The notes beneath the pieces were generated by a model. The model was not told the origin of the DNA. It saw only the letters and a list, made by a program, of their open reading frames with translations, and made no database searches. From contig QPMI01000015.1 of the NCBI GenBank assembly GCA_004431415.1, positions 545,596-609,595 on the forward strand: a stretch of DNA of 64,000 nucleotides, read 5' to 3'. The number at the start of each line of letters is the position of its first letter. The first letter of the stretch is position 1. Below, piece by piece: positions 23,730 to 35,730 of the stretch. A program made the translations under genes and the position numbers. The DNA is from Cyanophora paradoxa CCMP329. Taxonomy: Eukaryota > Plantae > Glaucophyta.

Positions 23730-25768
23730 TCAGGGGTAGGTCCGGCGCCCCGCGAAGAGCGCGTCGATCGCGGCCTGCGGCAGAGTGGCGCGCCCGATGG
23801 TGACTTTGACGGCGACCTCGGGACCCAGGCGCGCCAGAATCTGAGAGGAAGATCAGGGGGTCGGAGCTCGATGGGCGGGGCGGGGAGGGGCGGGGCGGGG
23901 CACCTCGTAGGGTCGAAGGGCAGCGCTGGACTCGAGCGGCGGAGGCAACGCGAAGAGAAAAAGGCGGCGGAGGGCCGGGAGGGAAGCGATCGCCTCGGCC
24001 TCGGCCTCGGAGAGCGGCCGGTAGAAGACCACATCGAGCGCCACGAGGGCCCGCCGGGCCCCGGCGCAGGAGAGGAGAGCAGCGACCTCGCTGGGGCCCG
24101 TGCTCATCGCTGCGCGCAGGCAAATAGGTCAGATCAGATCTGACCTGATCAGGCCAGATCTTCAGCCACGGGAGGCGGCGCGGCCCGGGAAAGCGAGCGC
24201 ACCGTGGAGCTCGACCTTGAGCCTGGAGAGGCTGGGCAGGGCCGAGAGCGCCTCGGCGAGGGCGGCGAGGGCGCTGGCGGCTGCACTCGCGCCGTGTCTG
24301 TCCTCAAGGCGGACGAAGAGCTCGCGCAGGCACGCCGCTCCGCCGAGGGCGCGGACGGTCCCCGGCGACACGTCCTCGAGATCGAACTGCGGGCGGAGCG
24401 GGGTGGCTCAGCTCAAGGCGAGTAAAGACGGAGTCGGAGCACGGACCTGCAGCGGCTCGAGTCGCTCCAGCCTCGGCAGGCGGGCGACCGCGCGGATGGC
24501 GGCCTCGGAGAGCTCAGCGCTCTGGAAGTGGTCCAGGTGGGGGGCATCGACCTCCGAGAGCCTCGGGAAGCTGAAGGCATCCGACCTGCAGGAGGGCCTC
24601 AGAGGGGATCGGGGGATCGGGGAGAGTAAGAGGGCCGCGCACCCTTGGACGGCCCTCTCATCCAAGAAGAAGAGGCTGCGGAGGCTCCTGCCGGCGGGGC
24701 CGTCCGCGATCGCCCCGAAACCGCCACCGGAGGCATCCACCTCGAGGCAGAGGTCCGCGTGCTCGTCGTCGAAGAGCAGCGCGAGCCGCTCGAGGTGCGC
24801 GAGCGGCGCCAGCGCCGCCAGCGCCGACGACGGCGAAGCGAAGTCGGGGCGGAAGCTGAGGCAGCGGAGGAGCGGGCAGGCAGTGACAACAGCCGCCAAG
24901 GCCTTCGCCATGATTCCGTTCTGGACCGCTTGGAAGTAGAGGGTCAGGGAGCGGAGCTTGCCGAACGGAGACAGCGCGGCCCGCAGCTCGTCGCCCGGCG
25001 GCAGCGGCATCCGGCCGTTGTCGTCGTTGCTGAGGCAAAGGTGGAGGCCCTCGAGGCCGCTGGGGGCGCCCCCCGGCGGCCGCAGCGCCCGCAGCGCTCC
25101 GAGCACGAAGCGGCTCAGGAAGTCCTCGCCGTAGTCCTCGCCCCCGTCCTCGGATCCGACAACCTGGAATACCACCTCCCGCGGCTGCGCCGACGCCGCT
25201 CCGCTGCTGCCGCCGCCGCCGCTGCGGACGAGGGCCGCGAGGAGCCCGCAGGCCGCCTCCACCTCGCGCCAGCCGGCCCCGAGCGAGACGCTCGCGCCGT
25301 CGCCGAGCCGCAGCTTCCGCTTCTCCACGAGCGCCGCTGCGGAGCCGTGTCTCGACGGTGCGGAGCCAGCGCCGTCCTCCGCGAGCTCGCCTTCGGATCC
25401 CTCGCCGCTCTCGTCGCGGCCGGGCCTCTTCTCGTCCGTCCGCAGCTCAAAGCTCGGCCACTCGGTCTCCTCGATCACCCGCCGCCACCGCCTGCGACAA
25501 GGCGACCTCAGCAACGAATTCGGAGAGGAGAGCGCGGGGGTTCGCGGGGCCGCAGTCGACAGAGCGAAACGGACCTGCACACGCAGCGCAAAGACCACAT
25601 CGCCCGCGGTCCAAGCGTCTTGAATACGCTGCTCGCCACCGCGTCCGGCAGGGCATCGAACACGCCCGCAAGCTGCGCGGTTGTCGCGGCCGCCGCTCCG
25701 ACAGCTGGAGGCGCTGCCGCCGGCTCAGCAACGCGGGCCCGCTTCTCCGCGCGCGAGGTGCTCGACAT
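23730..25768 (-). CDS. F-box/LRR protein, copy C
   Basis: MSSTSRAEKRAR...FDALPDAVASSVFKTLGPRAMWSLRCVCR|RWRRVIEETEW; LRR units; ends ...DALFAGRRTYP*. Confidence 0.8.
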
Positions 25769-26241
25769 CGCCCGCTGGTTCTGTCACAGTGTTCGATCCG
25801 CGGCGCTTGCGGTCAGCAGACATCAACACCGCGGGCTAACGAGAAAGCAGCGCCGACCTCAAGATCTAGAGCTGAACCCACGCCGAGGCGCGCCGATCGA
25901 GCCCAGCGCTAGCAGGCCGACTGAGCCGCTTTCAAGCCGAGCCGCAAGCAGAGACAGAGCTCGAGCTAGACAAGGCTTTGCATGCCGACACGAAATGTCT
26001 ACCCCCCTAGCCTCCCCTCAACCCCCTGATATCGATCATGAGCTCTAAGGGATCTCCTCTAGATCTATAGCTTCGTATACCCCTGGCCTTCCGCACTTCA
26101 TCGCTCGATATCCGATGATCCCCTTCCCTTTCTAGTTCTGCCATCTGCATCACAAAAATTTTAAAACATCACAAAAACACAAAAACTGCATCACATGTAC
26201 GCCCCCCCGCTGAGGGCCCCCCTCGGGCTCCGAGCCCCGCC

Positions 26242-28085
26242 TCAGGCCGCCTCGATGGCGCGGATGCAGTCCACCACACTGCGCGGCGGGGCCCGGGGCC
26301 CGGGGCGCGGTCAGCGGCCCTCGCGGGGGGGCGGGCGCGGGGCGGGCGGGGGCGGGGGCGGCGGGCGGGCCTGTCGCCGCGGAGGACGGCCTCCGTGAGG
26401 GCCTCCAGCGCCCCCGCGTTGTTCTTCAGCAGCGCCTGCCCGGCCCGAGGTTGGGCTCGGGGCCGGGGGCCGGGGCCGGGGCCGGGGGCGCGCACGGCGG
26501 CGGCGAAGACGCCCCACCGCGTCCGCTCCATCTGCTCCTTCCGCCCGATCGCCCTGCCGCCCGCCGGGGCGCCCGTTCAGCAAAGGGCGGGGCGGGGCGG
26601 GGCGGGGCGGGGCGGGAGGGGCGGGGCGGGGGCGGACTGGGGCGCGGCGTTGAGGATGGCCTGCAGCTCGGCGAGATCGGCCTGGCCGCCCCGCGCCTCG
26701 GGGTACTCCAGCCCCTCCCCCGCGATCCCGCTCATCGCCACAACCGTGCACCTGCCCGCCAACGAATGTCAGGCGGGGTGAGCTGTTAAGAAAACGAGGA
26801 GAGGGGTACGCGCGTGTCGATCTGGTCGAGGGTGAGGCGGCCGCGGCGCCCCGGGGTCGTCGCCGCCGCCTCGACATCCACGTCCGCAAACTGCACCGCC
26901 GTCACCGCCGCCTCCGTCGTGTACCTGTACCCCGGGTAAGGGGGGTACGGGGCGCCGGGCGAGGGGGGGAGGAGGGCGCACGACTTGACGGGGAGGCCGA
27001 GGGCGTACCCGGCCAGGAAGTGGCTCGCCTCGTGCCGCGCGATGCGGCGAACGTAGTCGGGGGACAGGCGGTTGAAGCTGCGAGGGGGAGGGTACGTGAG
27101 ATGTGCCGGGGGAGGAAAGGCGCGGGGGGTACGGGGACGCACAGGTCGATGGGGAGGCGGAGGAGGCCGGGGTTGGTCGAGCCAATGCCGAGGAGGACGA
27201 GAACGGTACTACTGACCAGGTACGGAACGAAGAAGCTGCGGAAGGAGGGATGAGCCGGGTCCGGGTACGGGAATCATGAAGAGAGGGGGGTACCCGAAGT
27301 CGCCGGGAAGGTACGTGAGGAAGACGCTGATGACGGAGATGACGCCGATGTACGCGAAGGTCGCATTGCGCTGGCGGGTCGGAGGTTCAGGGGGGTATGG
27401 GATTTGGGCCAAGCGGGGAGGGGTACGGGCGGACCTCCTCGTCCGGGGTGGAACCGGAGAGCTTCTCGGGGTTTTTGATGCCGATCGTGGACAGGTCTCG
27501 GAGACCGATGTTGGGCCGGAAGACCTGCCTGGGGTAGCTCCCGAACCTGCGCGCCGCAGCGCTCGCTAGCGCCCCCGAGGGCGCGCGGGGCGAGCGGGGC
27601 GCACCGCTTGATGACTCCGGCCTCCTTCATCTCCGCGAGCTTCGAGGAGAGCGCAGCGAAGTCGCCCTGGGCGCGCACGTGCACTGTGAGCTGGGGCCGT
27701 CATAGAGCGCGCGCGGCCGCAGGGGCTCGGCGGGGCGCGGCGGGGTCGGCCGGTTCATTCGCCTCACCTTCTCGACGATAGCGCTCAGCGCGCTCCAGTC
27801 CGCGTCGTCGGCGGCCTTGGCCGGCGTGGACGGGCCCGCCTCGCTGGCCTCGCAGCGTGTGACGTGCGAGGGTCCGGCCTGGAAGCGCACACGGCGTGAA
27901 GCTGTCGCAGGAGCTACCGGAACGAAGCTAAAGTGCCTGCGGGCCGCCAGGCTCGCCGAGGAAGGCCGCACGTGTCCGCCCGCGGGCCCGCGGGCGGAGT
28001 GGACGGCCGAGCTAGAGCCGCCCCGCTGCACTCGCCGGATGGGCGCCGCAGCGACGGGAGAGATGGCGAAGGCGTGCGAGTTCAT
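26242..28085 (-). CDS. Plastid-targeted HExxH (FtsH/M41-like) membrane protein, VIR3/At2g21960 family
   Basis: Ser/Ala/Arg-rich transit peptide MNSHAFAISPVAAAP...VTRCEA; two hydrophobic segments (FAYIGVISVISVFLTYL; FFVPYLVSSTVLVLLGIGS); GSTNPGLL, PDYVRRIARHEASHFLAGYALGLPV, VAMSGIAGEGLEY, GQADL, RWGV...ALLKNN, SVVDCIRAIE. Family assignment is from recalled motifs. Confidence 0.85.
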
Positions 28086-28165
28086 TGCCGATGGGGGGAG
28101 TGAGCTCTGTCAGGGTACAAGCGCTAAAAGAGCAACGGTCCGGCCGCACGGCCCAGCTGGCCGGT
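28086..28165. promoter_or_regulatory. Putative bidirectional promoter/5' UTRs (80 bp between divergent ATGs)
   Basis: ATG at 28085 (-) and ATG at 28166 (+). Confidence 0.55.
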
Positions 28166-30581
28166 ATGGCGATAGCAGAGGATGTTGTGACGAAAGCAAG
28201 GAGGCAGCTCAACGAGGAGCTCTATGCCCTCCGGACCGGCTACGTGTACAAGGTCGAAAGCGCCCCGTAGCGCCGCTCGACCGGGCTAACGGGTTCTCGC
28301 AGCTGGCCGAGGTCGTGTCTCTGGGCAAGATAGATAGGATTCACAAGCGCCACGTGCTGCCTGGGCTAAAGAGCGTCGCGACGTCCTCGCAGTTTGGCGA
28401 GCTCTTCATCGGCCTTGTGCGCGGGGCCTTTCCCCTGTCCGCCCGTGCTGATTCTCATCAACACCCGACTCTTTCAGGAGGAGAAGATCGCGGCAGCGTA
28501 CGCCTCGCTGCCGTACGAGGTGGACGTCATTCAGAAGAGCTTGCTCAAGGCGAAGCCGGCGGTGATGCGGAAGCTCATTGAGGACGAGTCGGAGCCCGTT
28601 CCAGAGCCGCAGGAGCTCCTCGACTGGTTCTCGGCCATCAAGGACCGCCCGAAGCAGATCAAGTCGGTCCTGCAGGCGCGCCGGCGCGGAGCGGCGAGGC
28701 CACACGGCGGGGCCCTGACGCGGGGCCGCAGGGGATGCTGGCGCAGCTGGATAGAGACTTCGATCCGGACACGCACGACATCCTCACGGGCGCGCTCTGC
28801 TCGCTCGAACGCGTCCTCAACAGGATCTCAGCCAGCACGCGGGTCGGCCCCGCTCCGCTTCGCCCCGCCGCCGCCCGCCGCCCTGCGCTCGCCGCCGCCG
28901 ACCAGCCTCGCGCAGGACGCGGAGCGCTTGAAGGTCCTGGGGTACCTCAGGGAGCACATCGACAGCCCGGTGAGCGCTCCTCGGCCTCGACCCGGCGTCG
29001 CCGCGCCGCGCCGCTCACGCGCTGCCGCCCCTCTTCCACCGGGCAGCTGCTTCTGGAGCGGGGCAGCACGATGGTGACCGAGGCGGAGGTGGCGGTGGCG
29101 AAGCGGGGCGGGCGGGAGCACTCGGCGCGCCTCTACCTCCTCTCCAACTGCATGCTCGTCATCCTCGCCCACGACAAGTCCTCGTGCGTCCGCCCCTCCC
29201 TCCCAAAGCTTAATCCTCTCCCGGTGCTGAGCGCCCCGAGGCGCAGGGCGCTCTACACGATGCGGAAGCTGGGGCGGGCGATCACGCGGGCGGTGGGGGG
29301 CGGCGGGGGCGGCTCCTCCCGCGAGGACGGCGCCTCGGAGGGGAGCGCCGCCTCCGCCCGCGAGCTCCCCGACGGCACGACGGCCGGCGGGGCCTCCGGC
29401 GCCCGCAGCCGCCGCGTCTTCCACGACTGCATCTCCCTCCTCCACCTCCGCGTCGAGCCGCCGTACCCCGACGACGAGGAGGCGGTGCCCCTGGCGCACT
29501 GCCCGCCCCGCGGCCCCGAGTTCCCCTTCGACGTCGTCTGCAAGAACGGCGCGGCGGCGCGGCAGCTCCGCGAGAAGATCGCCGCCCAGGTCGCCGTCGT
29601 CCACGCCCAGGAGGCCGAAGCCAGTGCGCTTCCTCGCTCCCTCCGCCTGCCTCCTCTGCCTCTGCGTGCGTCCGACTAACGCGCCGCGCCGCGCCCCGCC
29701 ACCGCAGAGTCGCGGTGCCAGTCGTTTCGCGAGTGGGGCGCCCGCCCGCCCTCGGCGCCGCCCCCGGGGGCGCACGCGTACCCCGGGGCCCCGGGGGGCT
29801 CCCCCTACGCCTCGACGGACGCCCTCTACAGTGGCCTGTCGCCCCGCGGCAGCGGCGGCGGCTCGGGCGGCACGGGCGGCGTGGGCGTGGGGGCGGACAA
29901 GGTGGACGCCGTTGCGCGGCGGCTGGCGGCGGCGGCGGCCTCCGCCTCGTCGTCCACGGCCACCGTCTCCTCCTCCATCTCCTCCTCGGCCGCCAGCTTC
30001 CGCCCCAGCCGGCCCCTCCCGCCCGTCCCGCCCTGCCCTCCGCCCGCCGCCTCGGAGCGCATCACGGCGTACAGCCCCGCCACGATGCTCCCGCCGCGCC
30101 CGCCGGGCGGCGGCCCGGCGACGCCGGCGCCGGCCCCGCGCTACGTCGAGGCGGCGAGCCCGGGGAGCCCCCCGAGTCTTCCGAGGCCGACGGGGGTACG
30201 CCTGCGCGCTCCCGGACGCCCCCGCCGCCCCGCGGGCCCTCCAGCTTCTCCCTCTCCGGCGCCGACTCGACCTCCGCCTGCTGCTCCCCGGCCCGCCCGC
30301 CGGCGCCGCTGCCGGCGACGCCGCCGTACGAGTCGCCGCAGCGGGCGCCCCTGGAGCGGCCCAGCGAGGCGGACCGCGCCGCCGAGTCGATGATGGCCGT
30401 CTGCGGGGCCATCCGCCGCGGCGGCTTCGCGCTCCGCTGCACCCCCAACAAGACCGTCTCCATGTGCCGCCGCGTGCGCCTGCGCCTGCGCCCGCCCCGC
30501 CCGCCCCGCCCCTCTCCCCCGCTCAGCTTCTCCTTGCAGGACGTGGGCCCGCCCTCGGACGACGAGGAGCTCTCTGACTGA
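28166..30581 (+). CDS. Divergent DH-PH (RhoGEF-like) protein with Pro/Ser-rich C-terminal tail
   Basis: Spliced product: RRQLNEELYALRTGYVYK|LAEVV...LLDWFSAIKDRPKQIKSVLQ|GMLAQLDRDFDPDTHDILTGALCSLERVLNRIS (DH-like), then MVTEAEVAV..HSARLYLLSNCMLVI...FDVVCKNGAAARQLREKI (PH-like). Confidence 0.6.
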
Positions 30582-31150
30582 GCCGCCGAGTCGGTGGGCC
30601 GGGCGCCCTGCCCCGCCCTGCCCGCCGCGCCCCCGCGTGGACATGGGGCGGCCTCTTTCTGGCCGTGCCCTCAGATGCATGTCTAGGCCTAGGTAGAGTT
30701 TCTAGATCTTCCGATTATTTAGGTGGTTCCCGCATTCATGCGCTTCAATGTCAACGTCGCAAAGTCGGACTTCGAGAGCTTGCAATTGTTGAATCTTCGG
30801 AAAAGAAGTAACTGCGAAACCAGAATCTAGAACGATCTAATTGCATTTGAAATCGGCTGGGGCTGTATACGTACATGTGCCCAGCGGCCCTCTCGCGGCT
30901 CCTTGGCCACGCGTACGTGCACGGCACCGTCAGGGCCTCTTCCCCCGGCGCCGCCGGGCCGGGCACCGTCCGACGGTCAGAGGTCTGATGCCTGCCCCCG
31001 GCCAAGTACTAGTGGCCAGGTCGGCAAACGCTGTGACAGGGCCCCCGCCCCTCTCAACTCCGCCGGGCCGAGCCCGCGATGCTAGCAGCTCGGCGGATCC
31101 GGAGGCGGCGCGGGCGAAGCCCCGACGACGATCATGATCTTGCACTGCTT

Positions 31151-33139
31151 TCAAGGCGCGCCGGGGGCCGGCGCCGGCCCGGGCGGGGGCGGGGGCGGGG
31201 CCCCGGCGCGGGTGCGGGCGGCGGCGATGTCGCGGAGGAAGTGGAAGGCGGCGAAGCGGTGGTCGAAGGCCATGTCGTACCAGAAGTTCACCGCCACCAC
31301 TGCCCCGGCCCCTCGTCAGGCCCAGGCGGAGAGATATTCGATCCAGGCCTAAGAGGATTGGATCTAGCGGCGGAGATTTGATCTAGGACTGAGATGATTC
31401 GATCCCGGGGCGCGCACCGCGGCCGGCGGCGTCGGCGGTCTGCCCGACCTCGTGGTACCACATGGCGGGGAGGAAGAGCATCTCGCCGGGGGCCAGCGCC
31501 ACGCGCAGGCCCCGCGCGTGCGCCGCCAGCGGGAAGCGCGCCGCCCGCTCCTCGGCGGGCAGCGACGGGTCGAAGGCGATCCAGGGCACCCGCTGCGGCG
31601 GATCGCACGGCACCAGCTCGAAGCCTTTGAATCCGCCTTCGACTCGCGGCCGCCACGCCGCCGACTCGTACTCTCGCTCTGCCGACGGGCGGTCGCGGCG
31701 TGAGAGAAAGAGAGAAAAGGAGGGGGAGGGGGGAATGGGAGGGGCACCGTAGAGGAAGGGGTGTGCCTGCGGGGGGTACAGAGTGAAGTGCTTGCGCCCG
31801 GCGACGACGACGTAGAAGTTCTCGTAGTTGTCCTTGTGGAGCGACGTCTGCGGGGCCTCAAGGCGAGAAAGGAGAGGGGGGGGGGGGGGGGGGGGGGGGG
31901 GGGAAGAAGGGCAGAAGGAGAGAGAGTGGAGCCGGGGGCGGGCGGGCGTCTGGTGTCCCCCTTAGCCCAGCCTTTCCAGAAGGCCCCGGGCGCACTAGCC
32001 GCCCTAGGCGTGGGCGCCGGTGGTCCCCCAGCTGGCCCCTAGCTGATGACCCCCAGCCTCGGCCTCGGCCTCGAGCGGCCCCTCTCGCCCCGGCAGGCGC
32101 GGACCTTGGTGGCGGAGCCGCCCATCCAGAAGTTGACGGCGTCGGGGGGCCGCCCCAGCGCCTCCGTCGCGAACGGCACGTCCGGCGCCACGTCGCCCAG
32201 CAGCGCCCGGTACTCTGCGGGCCGCGTCAGCGTTCCGTTCATGAGTTCCGTTCACGGAACCTAGGGCGCGCGCGCCCTCGGCCCCTAGGGTTTGAGTCTA
32301 GCCTGCAGGCCTAGGGCGCGCGCGCCGATAAGAGTTTTCACGCGCGGGTCAGCGCTCTGTTGTATACTTGTATGTGAATTAGGCTGGAATGAAGCTTTAA
32401 AGAGCGGCGGGCGGGCGGGCGGGCGGGCGGGGGCGCGCCGGTGTTGAGGCAGTCGTTCTGGAGCTGGACGTAGTGCACGCCGCCGGCCGTCGGGTCCGGC
32501 GACTCCAGCACGTCCACGAACTCCGAGAAGCGCATCCGCCTCTGCCGCGCGCGCCGCGTCACTCGCTCGCGCCTGCGGCCGCGGGGGAAGGGCCGGAGCG
32601 CGCTCGCCTCATAGGGCACGGCGAAGTACTCGCGGCCCTCGTACTCAGTGACGGCGTCGGCCCGCCCGTTCGGCGTGACCGCCACGGTGACCTCGCTCTC
32701 GCCCAGCACCCGCCGCAGGTACTCGTTCGTCCACGGCCGCGCCCCGAACGCCGCCCAGTGGCTCACCGCGTCTGCCCGCGGCCGGAGCGCACGTCAGCGC
32801 AGGCGACAGCGAGGCGTAAGCGTGCGGCCGGGCTGCGCACTACGGATGATCACGGGCCTGTTGAGGGCAATGATCCGCGAGAGCTCGAGCGGCGTGGGAG
32901 GCCGATCGAGCACCTCGACCGACTCGCCGACGTAGAGCTCTGCGCAGCGTCTCAGAAAGGGGCCCCGCTGCTCTTGCGAGCGCTGGTGAGGCAATGCACC
33001 GCAGACGCATGCTGATCGAGGGCGGCGCGAGCGGGATGGCGCGATGCGAACCTCGGACTTGCCGGGACAGCCGCACCATGGCACGCAGAACCGGATCGTC
33101 GATCCCCGCCTCCTCTTGATCGCTTTCGCTGCCGCTCAT
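31151..33139 (-). CDS. JMJD7: JmjC-domain 2-oxoglutarate dioxygenase, JMJD7-like
   Basis: PTPLELSRIIALNRPVIIR, VTVAVTPNGRADAV, HYVQLQNDCL, PDAVNFWMG..TSLHKDNYENFYVVVAGRKHFTLYPP, GEMLFLPAMWYHEV, AVNFWYDM; the HxD...H triad is intact. Confidence 0.9.
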
Positions 33140-33353
33140 CGTCCTCGCGCTCCGCGTCTCGCGCTGCCGGCCGAGTTGCGCGGCCGTGGACGAGGCTCGG
33201 GTGGGCGGAGCCCCGCCGGCGCCCAATCAAGTCCGCAGAAACAGCCGCAACTGCCGCAGCTCGCTCCGACTTCAGTGTCAACTCACTGCGTCGGGGGTAC
33301 AAGGACACAAAGGGTACGAAGGGGCACTGCTGGCCACAACGCTTCCGTGAACG
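33140..33353. promoter_or_regulatory. Putative bidirectional promoter (214 bp) between JMJD7 and F-box copy D
   Basis: Divergent ATGs at 33139 and 33354. Confidence 0.45.
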
Positions 33354-35343
33354 ATGTCGTGCACCTCGCGGGTGGAGAAGCGGGCCCGCGTCGATGAGGT
33401 AGCGGCGGCCGCGGCCGGCGACTCGCCTTCGGCCGCGCAGCTTGCGGGCGCGTTCGATGCACTGCCGGACGCGGTGGCAAGCGGCGTGTTCAAGTGGCTC
33501 GGGCCGCGTGCGATGTGGCCCCTGCGCGGCGTGTGCAGGTCCGCTCAGCACTGTAAACTGGGGCGCGGCGCACAATTCGTTGCTGATCATGATGCCGCCG
33601 GGTCGCAGGCGGTGGTGGCGGGTGATCGAGGAGACGGAGTGGCCTGCTTTCGAACTGCGTACGGACGATAAGAAGCCAGAGCTCAAGAAGAGCGGCGCCG
33701 GCTCCGCGGCCGCACCGTCGAGACACGACGCCGCGACGGCGCTCGTGGAGAAGCGGAAGCTGCGGCTCAGCGACGGCGCGAGCGTCTCGCTCGGGGCCGG
33801 ATGGCGCGAGGTGGAGGCGGCCTGCGGGCTCCTCGCGGCCCTCGTCAGCGACGGCGGCCGCGGCGGCAGCGGCAGCGGAGCGGCGCAAGCGCAGCCGCGG
33901 GAGGTGGCCTTCCGGTCCCTCAGATCCAAGGACGGGGCCGAGGAAGACGGCTACGAATACGGCGAGGACTTCCTGAGCCGCTTCGTGCTCGGAGCGCTGC
34001 GGGCGCTGCGGCCGCCGGCGGGCGCGCCCAGCCGCCTCGAGGGCCTCCACCTTGCTGTCTACGGGACGCGGAATCGGATCCCTCGGAAGAAACCGCCGGG
34101 CGAAGAGCTGCGGGCCGCTCTCTCCCCGTTCGGCAAGCTCCGCTCCCTGACCCTCTACTTCAATGCCCGCGACAGTGGAGTCACGGCGGAGGCCGCGGCG
34201 GCCATTGTCGCCGCCTGCCCGCTCCTCCGCTCCCTCAGCTTCCGCCCCGACTTCGCCTCGGAGTCGGCGGCGCTGGCGGCGCTGGCGCCGCTCGCGCACC
34301 TCGAGCGGCTCGTGCTTGTCCTCCAGCGGGAGGAATTGGACGCCTCCGGGGGCGGCTTCGGGGCGATCGCGGACGGCCCCGCCGGCAGGAGCCTCCGCAC
34401 CCTCTTCTTCCTCGATGATGATGAGGTCGGAGAGTGCGCTCTCACTCTCATTCTCTCCAAATCTATCCGCCTCTTCTCAGGCCCTCCTGCAGGTCGGATG
34501 CCTTCCCGAGGCTCGCGGAAGTCGATGCTCCGCGAAAGGGTGACTCCGCGAGCGCTCGGCTCTCCGCGGCCGCCGTGCGCGCGCTGGCGCGCCTTACGAG
34601 GCTGGAGCGCCTTGAGCCGATGGGGGTGCGACCCCGGCCCGCGCCCTTTTCCCTTTGAGTCAATCGATCCGCCCCGCCCGCAGTTCTATTTCTCGAACGA
34701 GTCGCTGGATGCCATCCGCGCCCTCGTCGGGGTCGTCAGTCTGCGGCAGCTCGTCCTCTGCTCCAGAGGCAGCGATGTCGGCGCGAACAAAGCCTTCCTC
34801 GGCGTCCTCGCCGAGACGCTTTCGGCCCTGCCCGGCCTCTCCAGGCTTTGCTTGTCGCTCCACAGTGCGCTCCCTCGCTCGGGCCGCGCGGCCTCCGGTC
34901 AGATCTGATCTGATCCGATCCCCTTCGCGCAGTGGAGAACGCGAGCCCCAAAGACGTCGCCGCTTTCCTCTCCTGCGCCGGCGCCCGGCGCTCCCTCGTG
35001 GAGCTCGATTTCATCCTCCTGCGGCCGCCCTCCAAGGCCGAGGCCGAGGCCGTCGCCGCCCTCCCCGCCCTCCGCCGCCTCTTCCTGTGCCCTGCCCTCG
35101 AGTCGACGTCCAGCGCTGCCCTCCGACCCTACGAGGTGCCCCGGGCCCGCGACCCGCCCCGCCCCGCCACGCCCCTCCCGCCCTGATGAGCTCCCTTCCT
35201 CACAGATCCTGGCGCGCCTGGGTCCCGATGTCGCCATCGAAGTCTACCTCACGAGCAGCACTCTGACGAATGCAGAGGTCGAGGGGCCGCGGGCCGCGAT
35301 CGACGCGCTGCTCGCGGCCGGGGGGCGCCGGCCCTACCCCTGA
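33354..35343 (+). CDS. F-box/LRR protein, copy D (inverted relative to A-C)
   Basis: MSCTSRVEKRAR...FDALPDAVASGVFKWLGPRAMWPLRGVCR; same intron positions and LRR scaffold as A-C; ends ...GRRPYP*. Confidence 0.8.
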
Positions 35344-35730
35344 CCGCCCCGCCACCTCTCTCTTCCCGCTCGCCACCTCTCCGCCCCGTCGCAACCCCCC
35401 TCCCCCCCCTCCCCCCTCGAGCTCGCTACGTATACCCCCCCCCTTCGCGCTACCTTCCCCTCGCTACCGCCCCCGCTCCCCGCACCCGCCCCTTCCCCCC
35501 CCCGCCCCCCCCTACACCTCCGGATCCCATGACAAGTGCACAGGGCGCATCGATGCATCGCTTTCTCCCCCCCTTTTGCGCCCCCCCCTCCTCCCCCCCC
35601 CCCCTTTGCCCCCCTCCCCTCTCCCTCTCCTTGGGCGCATCGATATCGATTGGTTTCCTTTCTTTCCAACGCGCCGCGGCACATGTGCACACACGCACGC
35701 GCGGGCGGGGCCGGCCCCGCCCGGCGGCCC

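Larger units (their letters stand above)
16620..27050 (-). repeat. Tandem segmental triplication (~3.3-3.6 kb units: 3' part of VIR3-like gene + spacer + F-box/LRR gene)
   Basis: Spacers 22326-22800 and 25769-26240 are near identical, with a diverged copy at 18900-19300. The VIR3-like 3' exons and the F-box gene each occur three times in the same order. Confidence 0.9.
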
